A stretch of 64,000 nucleotides of DNA from Rickettsiales bacterium (GCA_031254335.1 JAIRUP010000014.1:3043-67042); one strand, 5' to 3'. Positions 27,961 through 37,486 are shown, numbered from the stretch's first letter. A program made the numbers and translations. The notes: generated by a model not told the origin, from the sequence alone.

Positions 27961-28797
27961 TCAATTTATTTTCCTAATGGCGCGAAGGCGCGCCGAGCGG
28001 GCGCGCGGGTTGGCGGCGACCTCGCTGTCGCTCGCCGCGTCGCCGCGGACGACGGAAACGAATTCGGGCGTGTCCACGGCTGGAAGGCGCGGGTCGCCCT
28101 TGGCTTCGGTCAGGCTGCGCATGAAGTCTTTGACAAGCCGGTCTTCAAGGGAATGGAAGGAAACGACCGCCAGGGTCCCGCCGGGTTTCAGCATGACGGA
28201 CGCCTTGCCCAAAGCCGTCTCGATTTCGTCCAGCTCGTCGTTCACATAAATGCGGAATGCCTGGAATGTGCGCTGGGCGGATTTCGGGTCGTAAGAGCCG
28301 CGCTCGATTGCGGCCTTTAATTGTCCGGTGGTGGACAAGGGCCGCGCCAGGATGATTTCTTCCGCGATGAATTTCGCCTTTGGCTCCTCGCCGAATCGCT
28401 GCATGATTTTAATCAGCATATCCTTGCTGGCGGAATTTATGAAGTCCGCGGCGGATTCGCCCTCTCGCGACATACGCATGTCCAAAGGCCCGTCAAGGCG
28501 GTGCGAAAATCCGCGCTCGGGCTCGTCAAGCTGCATGGAAGACACGCCAAGGTCGAATACGATTGCATCGGGCTTGACGCCCGCTTTGTCGATTTCGGAA
28601 AACGGCGCGCGAATAAGCCTGACGCCGGCGACCTCGGATACGGTCGGGTCGCGGTCGAAAGCGACGACGGTCGCGCCGCGCTCCAAGAACGCCTCTGAAT
28701 ACCCGCCCGCGCCGAAAGTCGCGTCGACAATCGTCTTGCCCTTGATGTCGCCGAGAGCTTCCAAAACTTGCCCAAGCATTACGGGAATGTGCTTCAT
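27961..28797 (-). CDS. rsmH: 16S rRNA (cytosine1402-N4)-methyltransferase RsmH
   Basis: It has the HIPVML and FGAGGYS motifs. The start is at MKHIPV, giving an ATGA overlap with the dnaE stop; the 75-codon upstream extension in the ORF track is rejected. Confidence 0.8.
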   Translation of the reverse strand: MKHIPVMLGQVLEALGDIKGKTIVDATFGAGGYSEAFLERGATVVAFDRDPTVSEVAGVRLIRAPFSEIDKAGVKPDAIVFDLGVSSMQLDEPERGFSHRLDGPLDMRMSREGESAADFINSASKDMLIKIMQRFGEEPKAKFIAEEIILARPLSTTGQLKAAIERGSYDPKSAQRTFQAFRIYVNDELDEIETALGKASVMLKPGGTLAVVSFHSLEDRLVKDFMRSLTEAKGDPRLPAVDTPEFVSVVRGDAASDSEVAANPRARSARLRAIRKIN

Positions 28798-31700
28798 AAC
28801 AGCTCCATCTTCGGCGAAAGGCGCGCCATGCTTTCCAAAGCGGCGGGCGTAAGGCGGTATGTTTTGGGCAAGGTTATGGTGGTGATTTTTCCGCCGGAAT
28901 GAACGGATATTTTTATCTTGGAAATTCCCGGGCGAAGGGCGTCCAGCATGGTGTGCAAGTCGCGCGCGGAATTTTCGTCGTGGATTTCGATGGACGCGCC
29001 GGATACTTCGCCCGCGACCCATTCCGCAAGCGGAATGGCGTTGTCTATTATGATTGACACGCGCTCGTCGCGGACGCTGGTCCGCGCGTTTATCATGACA
29101 AGGCTTCCGTCGGAAATATTGTTGAAGATTTTATTGATGTCGTTTCCGAAGGACACGGCCTCGACATTGCCGTCAAGGTCGGAACCTTTGACGACAAGCA
29201 TTTTCTTGCCGGCTTTCGTCATGCGTATTTTCGCGTTCTCCACGAACATGGGAACCATGATGTTGGTCCGGTCTGGAAGGCTTTGGATTTTGGAGGAAGA
29301 TTTGACCATGCCGCTCTTCGCGAAAAGGTTTTTGTATTGGTCCAAAGGATGGGCGGAGATATAGAATCCCAGCATGGCGTATTCGCCGGCCAGCTTGTCG
29401 CCGAAGGACCACGGCGCGGCGTCGTCAAGCTGCTTGGACAATTTGTTGTCGATTACATCGTCGGAGCCTGCGGCGTCGAACAGGGATATTCCGGCGGCCT
29501 TTGCGCCCGCGGCGTATCCGATTATTCGGTCCATGTTCTGGAAAAGTTTTGCGCGGTTGGCGTCGAGCGAATCCAAAGCGCCGGACTTCACAAAGGCTTC
29601 CAGCACGCGCTTGTTCAGCATGCCTTCGGTTCGTTTTGCAAAGTCGGTAAGGTTCTTGAAAGGCCCGTTCGCCTTGCGTTCGTTTGCGATTTGTTCGGCC
29701 GCGGCGACGCCGACGCCTTTAAGCGCGGCCAGGGCGAAAACGATGCTGCGCCCGCGTGTCGTGAATAAAGCGTCCGAGGAATTGATGTCGGGCTGCGCGA
29801 TTTTAAGGCCGAAATTCGCGGTCGCGTCGTCGATGAACATGGACAGCTTGTCGGCGTTGTCGCGGTTGTGGCTCATGCTTGCGGCGATGAATTCGGCGGG
29901 ATAGTTGGCTTTGAGATAGGCGCATTGGTTTGATATTACGCCATAGCAGACCGAGTGTGATTTGTTGAATCCGTATTCCGCGAACTTCGCGAAAAGGTTC
30001 CAAATCTCCACGGCTTCCGATTCGGACATGTTGGAAACTTTGACGCAGCCGCTTGTGAATTTTGGGCGGATGGATTCCATCAGGTCTTTAAGTTTCTTGC
30101 CCATGGCCTTTCGAAGTCCGTCGGCCTCTCCCGGGGTGAATCCTGCAAGGCGTTTTGACGCCTCCATGATTTGCTCCTGATAAACAAGGATTCCGTAAGT
30201 CTCTTTAAGGAATTCTTCGGTCTTCGGGTGCGGATAGTGGATGGGCTGTCGGCCGTGCTTCCGCTCGATGAAGTCGGGAATGTTGGCCATGGGACCCGGG
30301 CGGTAAAGCGCGATGACGGCGACGATTTCCTCGAACGCGGTGGGGCGCATCTGGCGCAGCGCGTTGCGCATGCCCTGGGATTCAAGCTGGAAGACTCCGG
30401 CGGTCTTCGCCTCTTGGAAAAGTCTGAAAGTCTTCTCGTCGTCCAGCGGAATGTTGTCGACATCGATAAGAACGCCGTGATTGTCTTTGATAAGACGCGC
30501 GGCGTATTTCAGGATTGTCAAAGTGGACAAGCCCAAAAAGTCGAACTTGATAAGGCCGATGTCTTCGACGATGCCCATGTCGTATTGGGTCGCGGGAATT
30601 CCGTTGGACGGGTCCTTGTAAAGCGGCGCGAGTTCGACAAGCGGCCTGTCGCCGACGATGACGCCGGCGGCGTGAACGCCCGCATGGCGGTAAAGCCCTT
30701 CCAGCTGCGACGCGATGTCCACGACCTTGGCCAGCTCTTCGGAACCGGCAATCATCTCCTGCATCTGCGGGGTCTTCGCGATGATTTTGGGCAGCGGGTC
30801 TTTTTCCATCATGTCGATAAGCTTGGCCAGCTTGTCGGCCTTGGCGTAAGACAACCCCATGACCCGCGCGACATCGCGGATGGTTCCTTTGGCTTTGAGC
30901 GAGCCGAAGGTTATGATTCGGGACACCTGTTCGTAATTGTATTTTTTCTGCATGTATTCGATGACGCGCTCGATTCCGTCGGGGTCGAAATCGATGTCGA
31001 AATCGGGCATGGAAATTCGGTCGGGGTTAAGGAACCGTTCGAACAGAAGGCGATACTTGAAAGGGTTCACGGCGGTTATTCCCAAAGCCCACGACACGAC
31101 GGAACCCGCGCCGGAGCCTCGCCCGGGCCCGACCCAGACATCGTTGTCCTTGCACCAGCTTACATAGTCGGCGACTATTAAAAAGTATCCCGGGAATTTC
31201 ATGCGAACTATGACGGACAGCTCGAATTCGGCCTGGTCGAAGTATGTCTTGCGGGTCGCCTCGTCGGTAATGCCTTCGGTGTCCAAGTGGGCGGCAAGGC
31301 CGAGCATGGTCTTGTCCCGAAGCATGGCGCACTCCTGCTCGAAGTCGGGCGCGAATTTGGGAAGCAAAGGGGGGCGTTGCGGAATCACATAAGCGCAGCG
31401 TTTCGCGATATTGACGGTGTTGGCTATGGCCTCGGGAAGGTCGGAGAAAATCTCGCGCATCTGTTCGGCGGATTTGAAATAGTGTTCGGGCGTCTCGCGG
31501 CGGCGGTCGGGGTCGATGATTTTGGTTCCGGCTGCGATGCAAAGAAGCGCGTCCTGGGCTTCGAAAGCGTCGGGCGTCTCGAAGAAAATATTGTTGGTGG
31601 CGACAATGGGAATGTTTTTTTCATAAGCGATATTTAACAGTTCTGGTTCGGATTTGATTTCGGATTCCAACCCGTGGCGTTGAAGTTCTATGTAAAACCG

Positions 31701-32216
31701 CGTGGGAAGAATGTCGGAAAATCTCGAAGCGAATTCGCGCGCAAGATTGTCCTGATTGTTAAGTATGGCGTGGGCGACGGGCCCCTTCGCGCCGCCGGAT
31801 AGGCAAATCAAACCCTCGGACGCGGCGGCCAGTTCGGAGAAAGTTATATAAGGCCCGAGATGGGCGTTTCCATCGCGGAGATAAGCGTCGGTTATAAGTT
31901 TGGAAAGATTCTTGAAGCCTTCCTCGGACTGCGCAAGCAAAGCGATTTCGGAAAGCTGCGAAGCGCGAAGGGTCGCGGGTTGGGCGGTGTCGTGCTGGTT
32001 GAAGGAAATGGTCGCGCCAATAATCGGCTGAATGCCTTCGGTTCGGCAAACTTTGGAAAATTGCGGCGCGCCGAAAAGGGCGTTGGTGTCTGTAATGGCG
32101 ACGCTTGGCATGCCCAACCGCTTTGCTATTCCAGGAATTTTCTTGACGGGAATGGCTCCTTCCGCCAATGAATAAGCGGAATGCAACCGAAGATGTATGA
32201 ATTTATTATCCGCCAT
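28794..32216 (-). CDS. dnaE: DNA polymerase III alpha subunit
   Basis: It has a PHP domain (HLRLHSAYSL), a polymerase core and an OB fold. The start is set at MADNKF (32216). The ORF-track extension to 32423 runs through a family-A repeat in the leader. Confidence 0.9.
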   Translation of the reverse strand: MADNKFIHLRLHSAYSLAEGAIPVKKIPGIAKRLGMPSVAITDTNALFGAPQFSKVCRTEGIQPIIGATISFNQHDTAQPATLRASQLSEIALLAQSEEGFKNLSKLITDAYLRDGNAHLGPYITFSELAAASEGLICLSGGAKGPVAHAILNNQDNLAREFASRFSDILPTRFYIELQRHGLESEIKSEPELLNIAYEKNIPIVATNNIFFETPDAFEAQDALLCIAAGTKIIDPDRRRETPEHYFKSAEQMREIFSDLPEAIANTVNIAKRCAYVIPQRPPLLPKFAPDFEQECAMLRDKTMLGLAAHLDTEGITDEATRKTYFDQAEFELSVIVRMKFPGYFLIVADYVSWCKDNDVWVGPGRGSGAGSVVSWALGITAVNPFKYRLLFERFLNPDRISMPDFDIDFDPDGIERVIEYMQKKYNYEQVSRIITFGSLKAKGTIRDVARVMGLSYAKADKLAKLIDMMEKDPLPKIIAKTPQMQEMIAGSEELAKVVDIASQLEGLYRHAGVHAAGVIVGDRPLVELAPLYKDPSNGIPATQYDMGIVEDIGLIKFDFLGLSTLTILKYAARLIKDNHGVLIDVDNIPLDDEKTFRLFQEAKTAGVFQLESQGMRNALRQMRPTAFEEIVAVIALYRPGPMANIPDFIERKHGRQPIHYPHPKTEEFLKETYGILVYQEQIMEASKRLAGFTPGEADGLRKAMGKKLKDLMESIRPKFTSGCVKVSNMSESEAVEIWNLFAKFAEYGFNKSHSVCYGVISNQCAYLKANYPAEFIAASMSHNRDNADKLSMFIDDATANFGLKIAQPDINSSDALFTTRGRSIVFALAALKGVGVAAAEQIANERKANGPFKNLTDFAKRTEGMLNKRVLEAFVKSGALDSLDANRAKLFQNMDRIIGYAAGAKAAGISLFDAAGSDDVIDNKLSKQLDDAAPWSFGDKLAGEYAMLGFYISAHPLDQYKNLFAKSGMVKSSSKIQSLPDRTNIMVPMFVENAKIRMTKAGKKMLVVKGSDLDGNVEAVSFGNDINKIFNNISDGSLVMINARTSVRDERVSIIIDNAIPLAEWVAGEVSGASIEIHDENSARDLHTMLDALRPGISKIKISVHSGGKITTITLPKTYRLTPAALESMARLSPKMELL

Positions 32217-32235
32217 TTTCCATTTGCCATCTTTA

Positions 32236-32395
32236 TGATTAACTCCCCCCCCTTGCGGGGGAGTCGTCGCGCCGGCGCGAAGCGCAGGCGGACGGTGGGG
32301 GGGGGTCATCCCTCGACGGTTCGCGCCGAAGACGGACGACTCATCCCTTCTTGCTTCTATCTTGAAAATATACCCCTTCCCTTTCATTAAGTCAA
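32236..32395 (+). repeat. Family-A element plus CATCCCTTCTT-type tail in the dnaE 5' leader
   Basis: AACTCCCCCCCCTTGCGGGGGAGTCG..GGTGGGGGGGGGTCA followed by a pyrimidine-rich tail. Confidence 0.7.
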
Positions 32396-32409
32396 CACCC
32401 TTTAACCGC

Positions 32410-32437
32410 TTGATTCCCCACAAATATTTGATATAAT
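32410..32437 (+). promoter_or_regulatory. Candidate sigma70 promoter (TTGATT-N16-TATAAT), plus strand, divergent from dnaE
   Basis: -35 at 32410-32415 and -10 at 32432-32437. Confidence 0.45.
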
Positions 32438-32443
32438 TAACAA

Positions 32444-32585
32444 AGCGCGGGCGAATTGCCTGCGTTGGGGTGTGAAGACCTTTTCAAATGACTCTTGCTT
32501 CGGCAGGAGGTCGGCGCAAGCCGAACTATCCATTTGAATAGTCTTCACCCTCCTGCCACTTATTTTATAAGTGGCATTTTTTTTA
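32444..32585 (+). ncRNA. Candidate small RNA of about 140 nt: promoter, two mutually exclusive helices, then a strong intrinsic terminator
   Basis: Helix A pairs GTGAAGAC (32472) with GTCTTCAC (32541). Helix B pairs GGCAGGAGG (32502) with CCTCCTGCC (32549). The terminator hairpin GCCACTTA-TTTTA-TAAGTGGC is at 32555-32575 and is followed by 8 T. Confidence 0.35.
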
Positions 32586-32603
32586 ACCGAACAGGATGAA
32601 TCT

Positions 32604-32729
32604 ATGGCATACAAGAAAGCACCCGCCACACATACGGTCGTGAAGGAACTGAGAAAGTTCATGGATACCTTTTCGTTTTCCAAAACTCCAAAAAGAATTG
32701 AAATCAAAAAGTTATTGTTGCTCCAATGA
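32604..32729 (+). CDS. Possible 41-codon basic peptide (MAYKKAPATHTVVKELRKFMDTFSFSKTPKRIEIKKLLLLQ)
   Basis: ATG with an AGGATGA ribosome-binding site upstream, just after the terminator. It is not in the ORF track because it is shorter than 60 aa. Confidence 0.2.
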   Translation: MAYKKAPATHTVVKELRKFMDTFSFSKTPKRIEIKKLLLLQ

Positions 32730-32752
32730 GAATAAATGCAACACTTTTCATA

Positions 32753-33541
32753 TCATGCCTCCGCAACCTTGTCAATAATCGTCCTAATATCATGATTGTG
32801 GCTCTTGCTTAGGATTCCGAAGATTTTCAGCATTTCAAGGAATATCCCGATGTTCTTGGAGTCGATTATGAAATCGGCGGTTTCTTTTGCTCTCGCTGTT
32901 CGTCCGATAATGGAAGAATTAAGCTCGGAAATTCTAAACCATACTCTCACGATTGCACCAATTCCTTGCGCATAGCCTCGGGGCAACAACTCTATGTCCA
33001 ATTTATAATTTTTATTAATCTCTTTATATAATCGGATATAACGCTTTACAGATTTGAACTCTTCAAAACCGAATTCCATATTGAAAATTATTTTCGTTCC
33101 GCGGCCGGTTCTTGCGGGTTTGTCCTGCTTTAACTTGGAACGCAGAGATTCTTCAACAAAATCCGATGTTTTGGATATTTCTCCTTTTATCTTTGATAAT
33201 TCGTTCTTGGAAACAAGACCTGTTTGGCATGCATAAAAAATTATGTCCGATAATTCCCATGATTTAAGTTTTTTGTCGCCAAGCTCCAACTCAAGCGCGC
33301 CATTAATATCTTTATCGTATCCGTCTGCCTTTGTGTCGCCCAAAGATGTCTTTGATTTTACAGCGTATCCTATCATCCAATCGCACCACGCATTTTTAGG
33401 AACGCTCTCGTCGCGGACTTTCACAATAGGATAATCAGAGTCCTTGTCATCCTTGCGCAAAATAAGATTATACCTCGCCGCCCGGACCGGGAAGGTCATG
33501 ATAATTCGCTTGTTCGCATTATCAATCTTTTTTATCCACAT
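32753..33541 (-). CDS. Hypothetical protein of 262 aa in the low-GC island, translationally coupled to the DNA methyltransferase; a restriction endonuclease partner is conceivable (ELELGDKK could be a PD-(D/E)xK-like motif)
   Basis: It overlaps the methyltransferase 3' end by 20 nt. The region is AT-rich relative to its flanks and has no recognisable domain. Confidence 0.35.
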   Translation of the reverse strand: MWIKKIDNANKRIIMTFPVRAARYNLILRKDDKDSDYPIVKVRDESVPKNAWCDWMIGYAVKSKTSLGDTKADGYDKDINGALELELGDKKLKSWELSDIIFYACQTGLVSKNELSKIKGEISKTSDFVEESLRSKLKQDKPARTGRGTKIIFNMEFGFEEFKSVKRYIRLYKEINKNYKLDIELLPRGYAQGIGAIVRVWFRISELNSSIIGRTARAKETADFIIDSKNIGIFLEMLKIFGILSKSHNHDIRTIIDKVAEA

Positions 33542-34658
33542 AGTGTTCCCCTAACAAATTCTTGAAATATGAATGTATCAGCAGGTCTTCGGACACATTG
33601 TCGTCGCCGTAATCCGCCGCCAAATGCTTCAAGAATCCCCACTTGCGCAAGCTCTTTCTGACAAAAGCGTCCCGCAGGCGGTCGAACGCCGGATAATCTA
33701 TCATGACATCGCTGTTCCCGAAATAGTATGGAATGTTCGGGATATATTCCTTGAACACATCGGCATAGCAATAAAACGCCAGCTTGCCCTTCGGAACGCG
33801 GATGGAGTTATAAACTTCGTTCTCGATAAAAGTCCGCGTGCGTTTAAGGGCGTTTATGTCGCGCATGGTCCAAAAGTGCGCGACAAAATCTTTTTCATTT
33901 TTGTTCGGATATTTCGTTATATAGTTGCTTAGCTTGTCAAACTGCCCAATTCGGAATCGCTTGTTGTCTTTTGTCTTGAAAGCGTGATTGCAAATTGAAT
34001 CGTAAGTCATGCCGTTCCCGCGTTTATACAACGCAATCACTATCGGGAATTGGGTCGCTTTGGAAGTCGCCGAAAACTCTCCGCTGCTGATGACAAGGCT
34101 GTCAATCAAGCTGTAATTATCCTTAAATTTCCCAAGCCCCTCGAAGTTCGCCTTCTTAATCAGATAGGACAAAGGATGCAGAACGCAAATATAATCCGCA
34201 GCCAACTTGTCATAGGACAGCAAAAACGAAATCCCCAAATCGCGGTGTTTCAAGTCCGGGTCTATCTCGCAATTCTCGCGTTTTATGCCGTTGCGTATGA
34301 TAGAGGTCGTGTCGTTATAAGGCGGATTCCCGACAATTATCAATTTGTCGGAATCGCCCAAGCCATACTGCCCGCGCCCGACATCTTTCAAGCTGTTGTG
34401 ATGAAATAATCGGCGATTATCCGTGTTTTTTTCGGCCTGAGCCAAAGCCGTCTTATCGCAATCCGCGCCGATAGAGCCGGGCATGACAAGAAAATTTCCA
34501 TACCCGCAAGAAGTATCCAAAACAGTATATTCCGCCGCGTTTCCTATATTTTTGCGAAGCATGTCATAAACGATTGATACGACGCTTCCCGGCGTGTAAT
34601 AACTGCCGTAATTTATGGTGTCTTCGTATCCAAGATGAGATTGTTCCCGCCTTAACAT
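33522..34658 (-). CDS. Gamma-class N6-adenine DNA methyltransferase (TaqI-like motif order X-I-IV)
   Basis: Motif X reads YYTPGSVVSIVYDML. Motif I reads VLDTSCGYGNFLV. Motif IV reads IIVGNPPYN. Confidence 0.8.
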   Translation of the reverse strand: MLRREQSHLGYEDTINYGSYYTPGSVVSIVYDMLRKNIGNAAEYTVLDTSCGYGNFLVMPGSIGADCDKTALAQAEKNTDNRRLFHHNSLKDVGRGQYGLGDSDKLIIVGNPPYNDTTSIIRNGIKRENCEIDPDLKHRDLGISFLLSYDKLAADYICVLHPLSYLIKKANFEGLGKFKDNYSLIDSLVISSGEFSATSKATQFPIVIALYKRGNGMTYDSICNHAFKTKDNKRFRIGQFDKLSNYITKYPNKNEKDFVAHFWTMRDINALKRTRTFIENEVYNSIRVPKGKLAFYCYADVFKEYIPNIPYYFGNSDVMIDYPAFDRLRDAFVRKSLRKWGFLKHLAADYGDDNVSEDLLIHSYFKNLLGEHYVDKKD

Positions 34659-34673
34659 TAAAATTTTTGTCCT

Positions 34674-37268
34674 TTACTTCAACTTCCCGCAGCAGTGCTT
34701 GTATTTAAGGCCCGACCCGCAGGGACAGGCGTCGTTGCGGTTTAGCGCGGCGTCGGCCTGCTCGTGCTGCTTCTTCATCTCGTCGATGTCGGATTCGGAC
34801 ATTTCAAGTTTGCAGATATATGCGACCAGCGCGCGCTTGAAATTCGCCATCATCTCCTCGAACAGGGCGAAGGCTTCCTTCTTGTATTCGTTCAGCGGAT
34901 TTTTCTGGCCGTATCCCCGAAGGCCGATTCCGGTCTGCAAATAATCCATATTCTGCAAATGCTTTTTCCATCCGGCGTCAAGGACATGGAGCGCGATTTG
35001 CTTTTCTGCCGAGAACATCCCGTTGCCATACCTCTGCCGCTGGCTCTCATAGCGGCGTTTCGCAAGGCGCAAAAGTGTCTCGAACGCCTTCATCTCGGTA
35101 ATTTCGGCGTTGGTCTTCCAGTCGCCGATGTCGGTTATGTCCATACCGAACAAGCGGATGAATTCGGAATGCATGAGTTCGATGTTCCATTCGTCGGGCC
35201 GGGATTTTTCGGGGATTCCGGCTTCGGCCACCTGCTCGACCACATCGGTAATGATGTCTTCGATGAATGGTTTAAGGTCGCCGTCTTTTACGGCGATAAA
35301 TTCGGCGCGCTGCTTGTAGACGACTTTGCGCTGGTCGTTCATGACATCGTCGTATTTAAGAAGTTCCTTGCGCGATTCGAAATAACGGGCCTCGACGCGC
35401 TTCTGGGCCTTTTCCAAAGCCTTGGAAATCCATGGGTGCGTGATGGCCTCGTCGGGTTTAAGGCCAAGTTTGACCAGCATTCCGTCAAGCCTCTGCGCGC
35501 CGAAAATCCGCATCAGGTCGTCTTCCAGCGAAAGGAAGAATTTGGAGTCGCCGGGGTCGCCCTGCCGCCCGGACCGCCCGCGAAGCTGGTTGTCGATACG
35601 GCGCGACTCGTGCCGTTCGGTGCCGACGACATAAAGCCCGCCCGCGCGCAGAACAAGGCCTTTGTTGATTTCGACCTCGTCGTAAATGGCCTGCTTTTTC
35701 GCCTCGAAGTCGGGGCCCGCGGGGTCCAAAGCGGAGATTTCCTCTTCGGCGTTTCCGCCGAGTTTGATGTCGGTCCCGCGCCCGGCCATGTTGGTTGCGA
35801 TGGTGATGGCTCCGGGCCGCCCGGCCTGCGCGATGATTTTGGATTCCATGGCGTGCTGTTTCGCGTTCAGGACATTGGGCGAAATTTTAAGCTCGCGCCG
35901 GATGATTTCGGCCAGCTCTTCGGACTTTTCGATGGTGATGGTTCCGACCAGAACGGGCTGCTTGCGCGCCTGGCACTCGCGGAGCGTCTCGATAATCGCG
36001 CGGTGTTTTTCGGCCTTGGTGCGGTATATTTCGTCGTGATGGTCGACGCGGGCGATGGCGCGGTTGGTGGGAATGGACACGACGCGGAGCTTGTAAATCT
36101 CCTCGAATTCCACGGCCTCGGTCATGGCGGTCCCGGTCATGCCGGAAAGGGTTTCATACAAACGGAAAAGGTTTTGATAGGATATGGATGATACCGTCTG
36201 GTTTTCGGGCTGAATCTCCACGCCCTCTTTTGCCTCGATGGCCTGGTGCAGCCCGCGCCCGAATCGGCGGCCGGAAAGCACGCGGCCGGTGAATTCGTCG
36301 ACAATCATAATCTGGCCGTCGCGCACGACATAATTGACATCAAGCTGATACATGTATGTCGCGAGCAAAGCCTGCTGAATATGCATGACCAACGCGGCGT
36401 TAAGGGCGTCGTAAAGGTTCCCGCCTTGAAGCAAGCCGGCGTCGGACAGCATCTTTGTTATGGCGTCCACGCCTATGTCGGTAAGGGTCACATGGCGGTC
36501 CTTCTCGTCCTTCTTGATGTGTTCGGGCGCAAGCTGTTTCACAATCGCGGCGATTTTGGAATACAGTTCGGAAGAGTCCTCGGCCTGGCCGGATATGATG
36601 AGCGGAGTGCGCGCCTCGTCGATAAGAATCGAATCGACCTCGTCCACAATCGCGAAAAACAAAGGCCGCAAAACCTGCTGTTCGGCCGAGAATTTCATAT
36701 TGTCGCGCAAATAATCGAAGCCCAGCTCGGAATTGGTTACATAAGTGATGTCGCAGGCGTAGGCCTCGCGCCGCTCGTCGTCGGTCATGTCGTGCTGGAT
36801 TATTCCGATTGTCATGCCAAGGAATTTGTAAATCTGGCCCATCCATTCGGCGTCGCGGTTGGCGAGATAGTCGTTGACGGTTATAAGGTGCGCGCCTTTC
36901 CCGTGCAGTGCTTTGAGGTAAAGCGCAAGGGTTGCGACAAGGGTCTTTCCCTCGCCGGTCTTCATCTCGGCGATTCGCCCGTCGGACAAGACCATCCCGC
37001 CGACAAGCTGAACATTGAAATGGCGCAAACCGATTGTGCGGATTGAAGCCTCGCGCACGGCGGCGAAAGCGTCGGGAATGATGTCCTTTTCGGACGCGCC
37101 GGCGGCAAGCCGCGCGCGGAGTTTTTCGGTGGACGCGCGAAGGTCGCTGTCGGACATGTTGTGATATTTTTGTTCAAGGTCGTTTATGAAGGAAACGCTG
37201 CGGTCGTAACCTTTGACAGCGCGGTCGTTCGCCGACCCGATGATGGCTTTCAATATTTTATTCAGCAT
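34674..37268 (-). CDS. secA: Preprotein translocase ATPase SecA
   Basis: DEAD-like motor motifs are present. The C-terminal zinc-binding tail reads CPCGSGLKYKHCCGK. Confidence 0.95.
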   Translation of the reverse strand: MLNKILKAIIGSANDRAVKGYDRSVSFINDLEQKYHNMSDSDLRASTEKLRARLAAGASEKDIIPDAFAAVREASIRTIGLRHFNVQLVGGMVLSDGRIAEMKTGEGKTLVATLALYLKALHGKGAHLITVNDYLANRDAEWMGQIYKFLGMTIGIIQHDMTDDERREAYACDITYVTNSELGFDYLRDNMKFSAEQQVLRPLFFAIVDEVDSILIDEARTPLIISGQAEDSSELYSKIAAIVKQLAPEHIKKDEKDRHVTLTDIGVDAITKMLSDAGLLQGGNLYDALNAALVMHIQQALLATYMYQLDVNYVVRDGQIMIVDEFTGRVLSGRRFGRGLHQAIEAKEGVEIQPENQTVSSISYQNLFRLYETLSGMTGTAMTEAVEFEEIYKLRVVSIPTNRAIARVDHHDEIYRTKAEKHRAIIETLRECQARKQPVLVGTITIEKSEELAEIIRRELKISPNVLNAKQHAMESKIIAQAGRPGAITIATNMAGRGTDIKLGGNAEEEISALDPAGPDFEAKKQAIYDEVEINKGLVLRAGGLYVVGTERHESRRIDNQLRGRSGRQGDPGDSKFFLSLEDDLMRIFGAQRLDGMLVKLGLKPDEAITHPWISKALEKAQKRVEARYFESRKELLKYDDVMNDQRKVVYKQRAEFIAVKDGDLKPFIEDIITDVVEQVAEAGIPEKSRPDEWNIELMHSEFIRLFGMDITDIGDWKTNAEITEMKAFETLLRLAKRRYESQRQRYGNGMFSAEKQIALHVLDAGWKKHLQNMDYLQTGIGLRGYGQKNPLNEYKKEAFALFEEMMANFKRALVAYICKLEMSESDIDEMKKQHEQADAALNRNDACPCGSGLKYKHCCGKLK

Positions 37269-37278
37269 ATTTTTTCCT

Positions 37279-37372
37279 TTGTCATACCAAGCAGAGTCTT
37301 CCGCCGCCCGTCACCCCCGAGAAGTCGGGGGTCCATTGTGTTAAACTGTCGCCGCAAGCGACTCATTTTACA
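37279..37372 (+). repeat. Composite element (B-like TTGTCATACC, C-like GTCACCCCCGAGAAGTCGGGGGTCCATTGTG, hairpin TGTCGCCGCAAGCGACTCA)
   Basis: Modules shared with families B and C. Confidence 0.55.
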
Positions 37373-37415
37373 AAGGAAAATATAGTGCAAACCCGTATAT
37401 AAGTCAATGCTTTAC

Positions 37416-37486
37416 TATAAATAACTCCCCCCTTGCGGGGGAGTCGAAATTTTCAAGGAAAATTTCGGTGAGTGGGGGGGGGTCAA
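37416..37486 (+). repeat. Family-A element; it overlaps the stop of the 37483-37764 gene
   Basis: ACTCCCCCCTTGCGGGGGAGTCGAAATTTTCAAGGAAAATTTCGGTGAGTGGGGGGGGGTCA. Confidence 0.75.

Noticed and set aside
30171-31181. ORF 30171..31181+, and other plus-strand ORFs inside dnaE
   Set aside because: They are antisense to dnaE.
32402-32707. ORF 32402..32707- (101 aa) in the island leader region
   Set aside because: It overlaps the promoter, sRNA and terminator unit and the 41-codon ORF on the other strand. It has no ribosome-binding site, and its hydrophobic low-complexity translation looks spurious.
34764-36191. ORF 34764..36191+ (475 aa), and 36246..37046+
   Set aside because: They are antisense to secA.
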